Below, piece after piece: positions 19,961-29,074 of a stretch of 64,000 nt of DNA; the stretch's first letter is position 1, and each line of letters opens with the position of its first letter. This DNA comes from a virus. The notes below the pieces were generated by a model. It ran no database searches. It was not told the origin of the DNA and worked only from the letters and a program-made list of their open reading frames with translations. The DNA lies in IMG/VR virus record IMGVR_UViG_3300019487_000019, positions 99,924 through 163,923 of that record; one strand, 5' to 3'. A program made the translations under genes and the position numbers.

Positions 19961-20098
19961 GTAAACTCTCCTTTGATAACAAGTTGTTCCTTGTGGGAAA
20001 TATTTATTGGTGCCCACAATTACGGCGGGAAAACACGTTTTCCCCGCTTCTTTTTCCCTTCTAAATCAACTAGTTAGTTCGCGTCTAATTTTCTGAAT

Positions 20099-20737
20099 TT
20101 AGCCTTTACGAAAATTTACCGACGCAAGATACTTCAAAATTTCTTCACGTAGGTATTTTTGCGCTTTCGGATCGTGACGAGCAGCTTCAGCGAGGGTTTC
20201 GATTTGCTTGCCGTTGCGTGCTAGTTGTAGGCTTTCGTAAACACTTTGTGGAAATGCGTTCGGAGCAGACGGCTGCGCAACAATATCCACAGTAATGAAC
20301 TGAAAACCACTAACACCACCGCCATCGCTTACATTACCGGCACCTCGGCTGGAAACGCCCGGTTTCACACCAGCACGAATAATTTCACGTGCGATGTTGC
20401 CCATTGGTGTTTCGAGAATCTTTGCTTTTCCGTAGGCGTTTGAACCTAGCATTTTCAATTCAACGATTACGTGCGAAACACGGTCTAAATTGATTTGCAA
20501 AGATTGTGGGTGATCAAGCTCACCCATGATACCATTTTGCTCGCGAATACGCGTCTGAGCGCTTTCGACCGCTGCTGAAAGTTCACTAAGAGGATACGTA
20601 CGACCATTACGGTTTTTAATATCCGCCTGCATGAAGATTCCTGCGAGGCTGAGCGATTTACCATCGACAGCCTGTTCTTGAATCAGATTACATTCGGACG
20701 GCAATAGTTCTTCGATAAGAAAGCTAGACTTAGTCAT
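20099..20737 (-). CDS. gp21: Prohead protease (gp21-like)
   Basis: GIFMQ....N.NGR.YP, GELDHP, RVSH, GVSSRG.G, D.V..PS motifs. Confidence 0.95.
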   Translation of the reverse strand: MTKSSFLIEELLPSECNLIQEQAVDGKSLSLAGIFMQADIKNRNGRTYPLSELSAAVESAQTRIREQNGIMGELDHPQSLQINLDRVSHVIVELKMLGSNAYGKAKILETPMGNIAREIIRAGVKPGVSSRGAGNVSDGGGVSGFQFITVDIVAQPSAPNAFPQSVYESLQLARNGKQIETLAEAARHDPKAQKYLREEILKYLASVNFRKG

Positions 20738-20748
20738 TCAAGTACTCC

Positions 20749-21111
20749 TTAGCACTTGGCTTTCTTTTTCTTCTTCGCTTTTTCTTCCTCTTCCATAGAC
20801 ATTTCGTCGTCCATGTCTTCGTCTTCACCTTCATCGTCGTCCATGTCTTCGTCTTCACCTTCATCGTCGTCCATGTCTTCGTCGTCGGAAGATGCTTTCT
20901 TTTCTACAGGCTCTTCGTCGTCCATGTCTTCATCGGATACTCGTGCTTTCTTTTCGACAGGCTCGTCTTCCATTTCGTCTTGCTCACCAACGAGGATCGA
21001 TTGAGCTTTGCCGCGAAGATACTCATGAAGAGCTTCGCCTGCTGCTTTGGAATCATCGTTGATTAATCCCTTGATAACTACTTCAAGGCTTGCCTTTTGT
21101 GCTTTATTCAT
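20749..21111 (-). CDS. Highly acidic small prohead-core-like protein (gp67/gp68 position)
   Basis: D/E-rich with a basic tail, between portal and protease. Start ATG 21111 after AAGGAG. Confidence 0.65.
   Translation of the reverse strand: MNKAQKASLEVVIKGLINDDSKAAGEALHEYLRGKAQSILVGEQDEMEDEPVEKKARVSDEDMDDEEPVEKKASSDDEDMDDDEGEDEDMDDDEGEDEDMDDEMSMEEEEKAKKKKKAKC
20804..20883. repeat. 30-nt tandem repeat (about 2.7 copies) encoding EGEDEDMDDD-like units
   Basis: tcgtcgtccatgtcttcgtcttcaccttca repeated. Confidence 0.85.
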
Positions 21112-21203
21112 CGGTCTGCTCCTTTTGGTCGACAAAAGTAAATCTCACCCAATTAAAGGTGATTCGTGTTTATTTATTTCTACATTGTTGATTTATCTAC
21201 TTT

Positions 21204-24200
21204 TTATGCGGGTGGCGGCATTCCCCCTGCTAATTCAGGGGTTTGTCCGGCTGGAGGGGTTCCAATTCCTGCAGGTCCACCAGCTGGTGGAGCGCCTGTT
21301 TCACCACCTAAACCACCGGGTTCCGTTCCTGGAGCGCCGCCTGGAGCGCCACCTAAATCACCAAGACCGCCGCCTGCTGGAAGCGCACCTGGGAACATGC
21401 CTCCTCCACCGCCCAAACCACCCATACCGGCTTCTGCACCAGGTTCAGGTTGTGGGCCATAAACTTTGACCATGCTTGCTGGATCGTCTGGATTGAGCTG
21501 CAACTCTTCGCACTTCTTGTAGTAGTTTTCCAATTGCTCTGCATCTGAAAGTTGCAGATATTTCTTACCAGCAAAGCGTGCCGACAACCACGTAATCGAC
21601 ATAGCGGTCGACATTGTATTGAGCAATTCACTGTCAAGTTTCTGCTGGCGATAGATACCAAAGTTCTCTGGATCAGGCAATCGTAGACTAAACATTGATG
21701 TTTCTGCATGAATGCCTGCAGCATGCAGATAACGTTTGAATTCTTTATCCATCACCTTTTCAACATAGCGTTGGAGACGTCGAATGAACAAGGCGAAGCG
21801 CAACTCTTGAATATAAGCAACACCAACAGCACCATCGGTGATGACAGCGTTGTCCGTGCCTTCACGCATGTACGAAAGAGGAATTCGCAGTCCTCGGAAG
21901 ACTTTCCACTGGAAGTATTCAAGATCGGCTAGCTCACCAAGACCTTGACCGCCTGGAAGAACTTCAACCTTCGACCCCTTGCCTTCTGGACGTTGTGCAA
22001 AGAAGAAGTCCTCATTCATACTATTAAGTACCCAAATCCCTGCGGAAATTGCAAAATTATGGTAGTCGTGTAGCTTGTGGTGTCCGTCAATAGTGATTGT
22101 TCCTGTATCAACTTTCTCTGGCAACCATTCAATACTGACTATCTTGTGGTTGAAATTTGACAATTCACTAACAAGATGTTTGAATGACCTGTAATTGTAG
22201 TGATGTGCAACACCCTCAAACATATGTGCGTCAGGAATATTGATTTCCGTGTCAAATGTCTTATTGTATGCAGAGGCATACTGCTTCCATACATCTGGAT
22301 TTTGCTTTAAATAGTTGACAATAGCGAAGTTATGCGGGGATACTTTTGTAATTAAAGATATTGTTTCGTTCATCAAACTACTCGTTTGAATTGTTTGGGC
22401 TTCAATGTTATTTTGAATGATTGATGTGCGAAAAACTTTGAAACTCTGATAGCCATATTGCTGCATCATTATTCGCAAAGATCGTTTTGAGAACACATCA
22501 GTCTTGATTTTTACCATTAGCGATTTCTGCTGTTGTTTCTTATTTGCGTCTGCGTATGATTGTAAAAATTCACAACCTGGCTGATTAACCGTCTCAATGA
22601 GTTGATCAAGAGATATTGTTGGTTTTTGCATAATTACATTCTTCACGATATCAAACATTTCATTCGTGAATACGAGCGATTGATTTTTAAGCGGTGTTGG
22701 TTTTGAACGAATATTTTTGACGAACTTTTCACGAAGTGCAAGATCAACTTTCATTCTTTCAGAAAGTGTCTTTCCATGACTTGCGACAAACTGTCTTTTC
22801 AAATCAGGATCAGCATTTAATCTTTCTCTGAATGCTTTGCGGCCTGTTTCCCGACTCAATTTTCCTTGTTCATAATGGCTGTTGTGATATCTCCGATGAT
22901 CAACAAAATTCATAAACACAAGGTTTTCTGGGTTATTGTTGTATCGATTGAAGTCAACGTGATGAAGTGTTTGCTTTTTCTCTACTGACAGTTGTTCGTC
23001 AAACACAAACTCAACGTGTCGCCCTTTAGTTTTTATATAGTTGCCAACCATCTTATGAACATATTCCCACTTTTTTGCACCAGGCTGATAAACCTGTGTA
23101 TACGTCAATTGGTTTCGAATAGCATTCTGTCGCAATGTGAATGGGAACAACGAGTCTTCCTGTGTCAAGTCTTTTGCAAGCTTGTATCCACCACCTTGAA
23201 CAGGAATTTTATGATCTGGTGTGCACACCAACGTTTCACCGTTGTCAAATGTCAACTTGACAACGGTCGTATTGCGACGTGTAATACCAGCCCATGAAAT
23301 TTCTCCGGGAACAACTTCTCCTGTTTTCGGATTAATACTGTACGCCCAATTTGTTTTACCCTGTTCAAATTCACCAATAATCTCCTGCAACGTAAGATGA
23401 CGGCCGTCCAATAATGGAATTTGTGTGTCAAGAGCCAAACAATGTGGGTTGTACACACTATCGACCTGTTCAACCCCACCACCATATGTTGGGATTTTCT
23501 TCTGACGAATTTCGTTCTTGATTTGTTCCAGATATGTCTTTACTCGTTGAGGAGGCATCTTACCAACATCGATATAGAACACACGACGTTCTGGGGCTCG
23601 TTGGATTCGATAGATGATGATGGCATCTTCAAGAAGTTCTTTTTGCTTCTGCGCTCGATAAATCGCGCGCAACACGCTTTCTCCGAACGGAGCCGATTCA
23701 CCGATATCGTCGTTCAATGTAAACCAAACAATCTCATCCGCTGTGAATGTGTCGACCTGTGTTTCGGCATACTTACCAAAATGACCAACAGGTGAATTAT
23801 ATGGTGAGTTAGGTGTTTTAATTTCTTGCTTGATCTGCCATCCAAGCACTCTTGTCATGTCATTTTCATCAACAATAGCAGCGACAACGTTTTTTGGATG
23901 AAGGTATTCCCATTTTCTTGTGTCGCTCTTTCGAAGAAAGAAACAATCTCCATACTTGATAGTTGTTCGAGCAACTTTAAACAATCGTGTTTCCCAGTCA
24001 TGAAGATCACACCAGTAGCGCAATGCTGATTTCAGTGTCATGACGATTGAAGGTGGAATGAATTCTTCCTTCTCTTGTTTCACATACAACTCGATTGGCA
24101 TTTCCACCTGTGGGTTGCTGCCTGTCATCTCTTCAGCGATTGTGTCGAGAGCACGTGCCACTTCAACGTCGTTGTCCATCAAATCATATTCACGATAACG

Positions 24201-24350
24201 TGTAATACGAGACGCGGAACCTTGAATGAGACGTTGATACCATGTGTAGTTTGCATAGACGCCTTGATCACCAAGCGCCTGACTATCGGTCATTGTTGTC
24301 GTACCAACTCTTGGTTGGACGACCTTGAAAAAATCGACGAACTTTGCCAT
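21204..24350 (-). CDS. gp20: Portal protein (gp20-like), intein-containing precursor
   Basis: LEDA..IYRI.RAPERRVFYIDVG.MP, EDFFF, VE.LPGG..LGE..D..YF...L..P motifs. 575-aa extein plus 473-aa intein. Confidence 0.95.
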   Translation of the reverse strand: MAKFVDFFKVVQPRVGTTTMTDSQALGDQGVYANYTWYQRLIQGSASRITRYREYDLMDNDVEVARALDTIAEEMTGSNPQVEMPIELYVKQEKEEFIPPSIVMTLKSALRYWCDLHDWETRLFKVARTTIKYGDCFFLRKSDTRKWEYLHPKNVVAAIVDENDMTRVLGWQIKQEIKTPNSPYNSPVGHFGKYAETQVDTFTADEIVWFTLNDDIGESAPFGESVLRAIYRAQKQKELLEDAIIIYRIQRAPERRVFYIDVGKMPPQRVKTYLEQIKNEIRQKKIPTYGGGVEQVDSVYNPHCLALDTQIPLLDGRHLTLQEIIGEFEQGKTNWAYSINPKTGEVVPGEISWAGITRRNTTVVKLTFDNGETLVCTPDHKIPVQGGGYKLAKDLTQEDSLFPFTLRQNAIRNQLTYTQVYQPGAKKWEYVHKMVGNYIKTKGRHVEFVFDEQLSVEKKQTLHHVDFNRYNNNPENLVFMNFVDHRRYHNSHYEQGKLSRETGRKAFRERLNADPDLKRQFVASHGKTLSERMKVDLALREKFVKNIRSKPTPLKNQSLVFTNEMFDIVKNVIMQKPTISLDQLIETVNQPGCEFLQSYADANKKQQQKSLMVKIKTDVFSKRSLRIMMQQYGYQSFKVFRTSIIQNNIEAQTIQTSSLMNETISLITKVSPHNFAIVNYLKQNPDVWKQYASAYNKTFDTEINIPDAHMFEGVAHHYNYRSFKHLVSELSNFNHKIVSIEWLPEKVDTGTITIDGHHKLHDYHNFAISAGIWVLNSMNEDFFFAQRPEGKGSKVEVLPGGQGLGELADLEYFQWKVFRGLRIPLSYMREGTDNAVITDGAVGVAYIQELRFALFIRRLQRYVEKVMDKEFKRYLHAAGIHAETSMFSLRLPDPENFGIYRQQKLDSELLNTMSTAMSITWLSARFAGKKYLQLSDAEQLENYYKKCEELQLNPDDPASMVKVYGPQPEPGAEAGMGGLGGGGGMFPGALPAGGGLGDLGGAPGGAPGTEPGGLGGETGAPPAGGPAGIGTPPAGQTPELAGGMPPPA
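22023..23441 (-). mobile_element. Intein (473 aa) with HNH-type endonuclease in the portal protein
   Basis: N-junction NPH|CLALDT, block B CTPDH, HNH motif LHHVDFNRYNNNPENL, C-junction HNFAISAGIWVLN|SMNED. Confidence 0.92.
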
Positions 24351-24407
24351 GTTAGGTCCTATTTTTATAGTGCAAAGTTATTTATCCGCTGGAAAACAAA
24401 GGTACCT

Positions 24408-26738
24408 TTACGCGGTGTTTGTTCCCAAATTTTTATACTGCTTTGTGAGGTTCTTGATGTTGCTCAAACGTTCACCCACATTCATTGCTTTGCGCTCTTT
24501 TTCATCAGTCATTGCGAGCGCCGTTAGCATTTCTTTTGAAAGCTCATTACTTTCCTTCATTGCTTCAAGCAATTGTGTAAGGGTCATACTGTTCTCTTTC
24601 ATCTGAACCAATTGTGTCTCAATTGTTGTCGCAGTTGCTTTCTGGGTCTCGTCAATCTTCTTTTTCCTCTCTTCTTCTTTTGCTTCTTTCTCTTTTCTTT
24701 CTTCGACTGTACCCACTGGAGCAGCTGCTCCTGTTGTTTGTGCTTGTGCTTGAACCCCAGGTGCAACTGTTGGCCCACCCGGCTTGAAGCCGAGACTCTC
24801 CATACTAACACCATATTCTTTGCTAATCTTTTCGAAATCCGCTCGAGACTTTGCTGCCATGATGGCGTCATTCATACTTGCCTTGCCCATGATTTTGTCA
24901 ACCAGGCCGCCGAGACCTACCTCAAATTTGTTCCCAGCCTCGGTATTTTCAAGAAGTGCTCGTGTACCGAAGTAGGCCGCAGCACCAGCAGCACCAGCAG
25001 CACCCGCGACCAAAGCACCCTTGGCTGCTAATGCACCACCTCCCATTGCTGCAGCTCCTCTCAATAGGCCTCCTGCTCCACCAGCGAGACTCTTCGCAGC
25101 TCCTCCCAACAACGAAGCAAATGCCTTGCCCTTCAGTATACCAAAGATACCACCGATCGCCCCGGTAATAATCATTAAGAGAGGATTTTTAGTTAGAGCA
25201 TCAATAACACGGTCGAAGAATATTACGATCTTCTTTAGGTCTTTATTGTTTTCCCCAAGTAGTTTTAGAGAATCCTGCTCGTATTTCGTTCCTTCAACTA
25301 AACGTGTGTTAAATGGACTTGTCGGACCAATTAGTTCTTGTAGGCCTAATTTATCTGCTAGTGTTGCTGCAAAAATTTCACCACCAATCGAACCCATTTG
25401 TGATTCTGACATTGTGTTTGAAAGGTTCGACAAATATTTCTGCAGTTCTTGTTTTTCGTCTGCTGATGCACGCTGTCCTTTAATTAAGATTCTCGACGCT
25501 TCATCACCACCAGCAACGCCCATCGCGCCACCCATCGCTCGAAGTTTTGCAGCTTGTTTAAATCGTTCAAGCGGACCTTGCCCTGAGAGCTTATTCAAGG
25601 CTTTTGTTGCCTCAATAGCTTGTTTTGTTGTCATACCCATTGCACGATTTTCAGCAAGACGACCAGCGATTCCTTTCATAATCGCGGCGCGCTCTTCCTC
25701 AGATGATGCTGCACGTAATTGTGCACTTGTGGCTGCATCATCTGTGATGTCTGCCATCGCTGAATTGAATTCCGCCGATGTCATGTTAGAAGTTTTCTGC
25801 AATTTTGCAAATTCAGGAGCAAGTAATTCCATATTCTTTGCTGTCGGCTTAATGCCTCGCTCAGCCAACATTTTCATCTGTTCGGCGACAAATTGAGTAC
25901 GTTCAGCATTATCACCAATCAAATCTTCGTATTGTTTGTTTGCTGCTGTCAGCAACTCGAGGTGTTTTGTTGTTCCACCAGCCGCGAGCACAACATCTCG
26001 GTGTGCCTTGCTCAACTTTGCATATTCTTGACCTGTTAATCCCAACTGATAACCAAGTGTCATCAGTTGCTCTGTTGTAGCAGACATACCTGATGAGATT
26101 TCTTCCTTAACAATACCAAAAGCTTCTTTCATACCGGACAAGAAAGCAGCACCAGAGAAGAACGTATTCAATTTACTCGTGATAGCACCACCAATCTGCT
26201 TTGCCATCCGTTCGCCAGCCATCGACCAAAAACCACCTAGTTTACGCTCTGCGCTCTCCCATTCTTGATGCATCTTATCGCCTGCTTGCTGGTATTCAGC
26301 TGATAGTTTGCGATTCTGTCTTAGCATTGCATGTCGGTCAGCAAGTTCTTTCCGATGTGCGTTCCAAAGCTGCTGTTGATGCAAGAACGTAGCCTTACTT
26401 ACCCCCGCGAGCTGCGCGTCGTCCCAACGCTGTTTTCGCGCTGCCGTTTCTTTTTGAAGCTCCAAAAACTTCCGTGCGTCGTCGATGAATTTACTATCAG
26501 TTTCTTTTTTCTTCTTGCGGAACTCTCGTTCCGCATTAATCAACGACATCAACGTCGCTCGGCGTTTCTGGGCTATTTCATCATCGCCTTTGATTGTTTT
26601 CTTAAGTTGTTCTTCTTCGGCGTCGCCACGTTGCTTCATGGCATCGATAGTATCCTTAACGGCCGCCGACATGGAACCGAGGTGAGCTTCGACAGCTGCA
26701 AAAGCTTGAGTAATCGCTTGAGTGTTGATATCAGCCAT
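24408..26738 (-). CDS. Tape-measure-like tail protein
   Basis: 776 aa, mostly helical, A/G-rich with a hydrophobic segment. Late motif upstream (26771-26776). Divergent from the gp26-like gene. Confidence 0.6.
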   Translation of the reverse strand: MADINTQAITQAFAAVEAHLGSMSAAVKDTIDAMKQRGDAEEEQLKKTIKGDDEIAQKRRATLMSLINAEREFRKKKKETDSKFIDDARKFLELQKETAARKQRWDDAQLAGVSKATFLHQQQLWNAHRKELADRHAMLRQNRKLSAEYQQAGDKMHQEWESAERKLGGFWSMAGERMAKQIGGAITSKLNTFFSGAAFLSGMKEAFGIVKEEISSGMSATTEQLMTLGYQLGLTGQEYAKLSKAHRDVVLAAGGTTKHLELLTAANKQYEDLIGDNAERTQFVAEQMKMLAERGIKPTAKNMELLAPEFAKLQKTSNMTSAEFNSAMADITDDAATSAQLRAASSEEERAAIMKGIAGRLAENRAMGMTTKQAIEATKALNKLSGQGPLERFKQAAKLRAMGGAMGVAGGDEASRILIKGQRASADEKQELQKYLSNLSNTMSESQMGSIGGEIFAATLADKLGLQELIGPTSPFNTRLVEGTKYEQDSLKLLGENNKDLKKIVIFFDRVIDALTKNPLLMIITGAIGGIFGILKGKAFASLLGGAAKSLAGGAGGLLRGAAAMGGGALAAKGALVAGAAGAAGAAAYFGTRALLENTEAGNKFEVGLGGLVDKIMGKASMNDAIMAAKSRADFEKISKEYGVSMESLGFKPGGPTVAPGVQAQAQTTGAAAPVGTVEERKEKEAKEEERKKKIDETQKATATTIETQLVQMKENSMTLTQLLEAMKESNELSKEMLTALAMTDEKERKAMNVGERLSNIKNLTKQYKNLGTNTA

Positions 26739-26842
26739 ATTGACCCTTCAAAAATCTTGTTTACCGCTTGTATTTATTGAAGGTTTCCCGGTTTGTAAAC
26801 CTGTGGGTACTCACGCTAAATATTTCAAGTAAGGAGAAATGT

Positions 26843-27643
26843 ATGACTAATCCACTGATTCAAACGCTGAAAGCTCGAATTCCTGGTGAATCGTTCCGGT
26901 TGCCTTCACAAGCCTTGTTTTATACAAATGGTGAACTGGATGAATCTGTCAAAGAAGGCGAAGTGCACGTCTATCCCATGACGGGAATTGATGAAATCGT
27001 CCTGAGAACACCCGATAAACTCTTATCTGGTGAAGGTATTGCAGAAGTATTTCAACACTGTATTCCACAAATCCTTAAACCGCGCGACCTGCTCGCGAAG
27101 GACGTGGACTATTTGCTTATGGCACTACGTCTGTTGTCGTATGGAAACGACCTTAGTGTCTCTTATCAGCATGGTTGTGAAAACTCAAAGAGTCATTCAT
27201 ATACAATTCCAATTCGCCCATTGTTGCGAGAGTCTCGTCAAATTGATCCAACGACACTAGCACAAGTTTTCGTTTTAACAACATCAGCTGGCCAGGTTGT
27301 CCATCTACGACCCGCCCTGTTCAAAAACGTTATTGAGGTGTTCCAGACATCGGTACTTGCAAGTGGGCAAGATGAGTTTGCCGATAAAGACTTAAAAAAG
27401 ATTCATACAGACCTAGTCGAAATCTTTGTCAACATGATTCTTGAAGTTGATGGTATTTCTGATAGAGATCAAATACGAGAGTGGGTAACACTCCTCACAC
27501 CGGGAATGCTGCAGGAAATTGGAACGAAATCTCAAGAGATTGCAAATTGGGGGTTGAATCCCGTTGTATCTATTGAATGTCGTGATTGTCGCCAATCAAT
27601 TCCACTGGAGGTACCGGTAAATCCGGTAAGTTTTTTTATCTAA
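26843..27643 (+). CDS. gp26: Baseplate hub / tail assembly protein (gp26-like)
   Basis: LPS....Y, V..MT..DE..L, D.DYLL..LR..SYG, C-terminal C..C and FF end. Start ATG 26843 after AAGGAG and TAAATA (26817-26822). Confidence 0.75.
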   Translation: MTNPLIQTLKARIPGESFRLPSQALFYTNGELDESVKEGEVHVYPMTGIDEIVLRTPDKLLSGEGIAEVFQHCIPQILKPRDLLAKDVDYLLMALRLLSYGNDLSVSYQHGCENSKSHSYTIPIRPLLRESRQIDPTTLAQVFVLTTSAGQVVHLRPALFKNVIEVFQTSVLASGQDEFADKDLKKIHTDLVEIFVNMILEVDGISDRDQIREWVTLLTPGMLQEIGTKSQEIANWGLNPVVSIECRDCRQSIPLEVPVNPVSFFI

Positions 27644-27867
27644 CTCTTCGATTTGGTACACCAGCTGAAAAGCGGCGCTTATTCGAAGAGTTACAAGGTG
27701 ATGCACGGAACTTGATTAAATCAATTATTCAACTCGTCTATTTCATGCGTGGTGCCATTCAATATCATGATATGTTAGCAATGACGCCTGCTGAACGCCG
27801 ACTCGTGCAAGAATTTATTGAAGATCGCCTTGAGCAGGAAAAGGACAAATTACACCAGAATTATTGA
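27631..27867 (+). CDS. gp51-like assembly chaperone, probably expressed as a -1 frameshift extension of the gp26-like gene
   Basis: L..FMRG...Y.....M...ER......I pattern. No ATG until 27745. Lies in the -1 frame relative to gp26, overlapping at T TTT TTT (27631-27637). Confidence 0.6.
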   Translation, partial: FFYLTLRFGTPAEKRRLFEELQGDARNLIKSIIQLVYFMRGAIQYHDMLAMTPAERRLVQEFIEDRLEQEKDKLHQNY

Positions 27868-28127
27868 TTCGCTTCGCGAACTCACTCGCGTCCCTCCTCA
27901 CTTCGTTCGTCGGTCTGCTCGCTCGTTGTTTTGTTTCTAATCTAATTCCAATCGGAAGATCAGGTAGCTTCCCCGCATTATCGTAGCTGACTGGAATAAA
28001 CCTCACGGCATGAGAAGAATACATGCTTACTGTAGATGGAGTTGTAGCCTGCTCCCAAGGATTTACTGCTAACTCAGTCGCCAGAAGGGTATTTGCGAGG
28101 GCGTTTCTATTTTTATCGTTATTTGTT
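27868..28127. ncRNA. Candidate structured non-coding element
   Basis: 260-nt gap between convergent genes containing several nested short stems (see findings). Family not recognised. Confidence 0.3.
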
Positions 28128-28697
28128 TTAACGTGTCAGGTCTACTTTTTCCGAGGATTCGGTTCTAGGAGGGATAACTACTTTAGTTTCTGTCGGTGCT
28201 GGTTTTACTTTAGTTTTTTCTAGTACGTATCTAGCAATCCAATATGCGTCTGTTATATCATATAGGCCCTTGGTCTTCTTATACCCCTGAGCCTCGAAAT
28301 ATTTTAGCACAGCTTTCGGTAAGCTGTCAACCATTTTTTTCTTATCGGCATTTCCTTTACCGCTTCCGAACTTTTTCAATTCATTCGGCGTGACGATTAC
28401 CAGGTGTTGATCATCCACGAAACGAAGTCGATGAACGATTCCAAATTGAAGGCCAGCCAAATCGCGAGTAGCGTCTCCAAACTTCGCATAAGCTAATCCC
28501 TCAAGTCCAATTGTTTCCGGAGCGTAAATTTTAACAAGATTTTGAATCTCATTGATTATTGACCATGAGCGTTGAAACGCGTCGCCATCAGCGGGAGCTG
28601 TTGAAATGATGCGCGTTGCGATAATTTCTTTATCATGATTTAGAACAACAACACCAGTGCTTGTATAAGACTGGTCTATGCCCATGTAAAAAGTCAT
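28128..28697 (-). CDS. ruvC: RuvC-like Holliday junction resolvase
   Basis: MGIDQS..STG, LEG, P..LKK...GKGNA.K, DITDAY acidic catalytic pattern. Confidence 0.85.
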   Translation of the reverse strand: MTFYMGIDQSYTSTGVVVLNHDKEIIATRIISTAPADGDAFQRSWSIINEIQNLVKIYAPETIGLEGLAYAKFGDATRDLAGLQFGIVHRLRFVDDQHLVIVTPNELKKFGSGKGNADKKKMVDSLPKAVLKYFEAQGYKKTKGLYDITDAYWIARYVLEKTKVKPAPTETKVVIPPRTESSEKVDLTR

Positions 28698-28701
28698 ATG
28701 G

Positions 28702-28726
28702 GTCTCCGTTTGATGGAGACTATTTA
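28702..28726 (-). promoter_or_regulatory. Late promoter plus RBS-sequestering hairpin upstream of the resolvase
   Basis: Minus strand TAAATA GTCTCC atcaaac GGAGAC ccat ATG. Confidence 0.6.
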
Positions 28727-28729
28727 CGC

Positions 28730-29053
28730 TTAAACGAGGCCCTGATGCGATTCGTGATAAGAAGGCATCGCTTTGTGGAGGTGTTCAACAGCTCGTTTTA
28801 GGGTGGAAGCATCTGGGTTTGGAAAACATGAACGAACCATATTGACACCAAGCTGGAAATCGTCTGGATATTCAACTTCTGCTGGATGTTGGTGTGCATA
28901 ACTAAGCATAGGGGCAACGTAGTTTCGAAACAATTTTCCTGCTTCACTCATTGGGTTCTTGACGTGATAGTCAATGGCATCGTGGACAAGTGTTGCAAGT
29001 TGCAGGTCCCATACAGGGTTGGATCGTTCCGTGAGAAAGCTGTTTAGACGCAT
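28730..29053 (-). CDS. Hypothetical protein, N-terminus MRLNSFLTE (candidate internal head protein)
   Basis: 107 aa. TAAATA at 29072-29077 and a GGAGG RBS upstream. Confidence 0.7.
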   Translation of the reverse strand: MRLNSFLTERSNPVWDLQLATLVHDAIDYHVKNPMSEAGKLFRNYVAPMLSYAHQHPAEVEYPDDFQLGVNMVRSCFPNPDASTLKRAVEHLHKAMPSYHESHQGLV

Positions 29054-29074
29054 GAATACATCCTCCAGACGTAT

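Noticed and set aside
20804-20883. 30-nt direct repeats as a possible CRISPR or iteron array
   Set aside because: No spacers, and the units are in-frame coding repeats of an acidic protein.
25021-25896. 291-aa + strand ORF
   Set aside because: Antisense shadow of the tape-measure-like gene with no recognisable motifs. The same applies to 12002..12700, 19485..19964, 21166..21462, 36307..37056 and 47551..48162.
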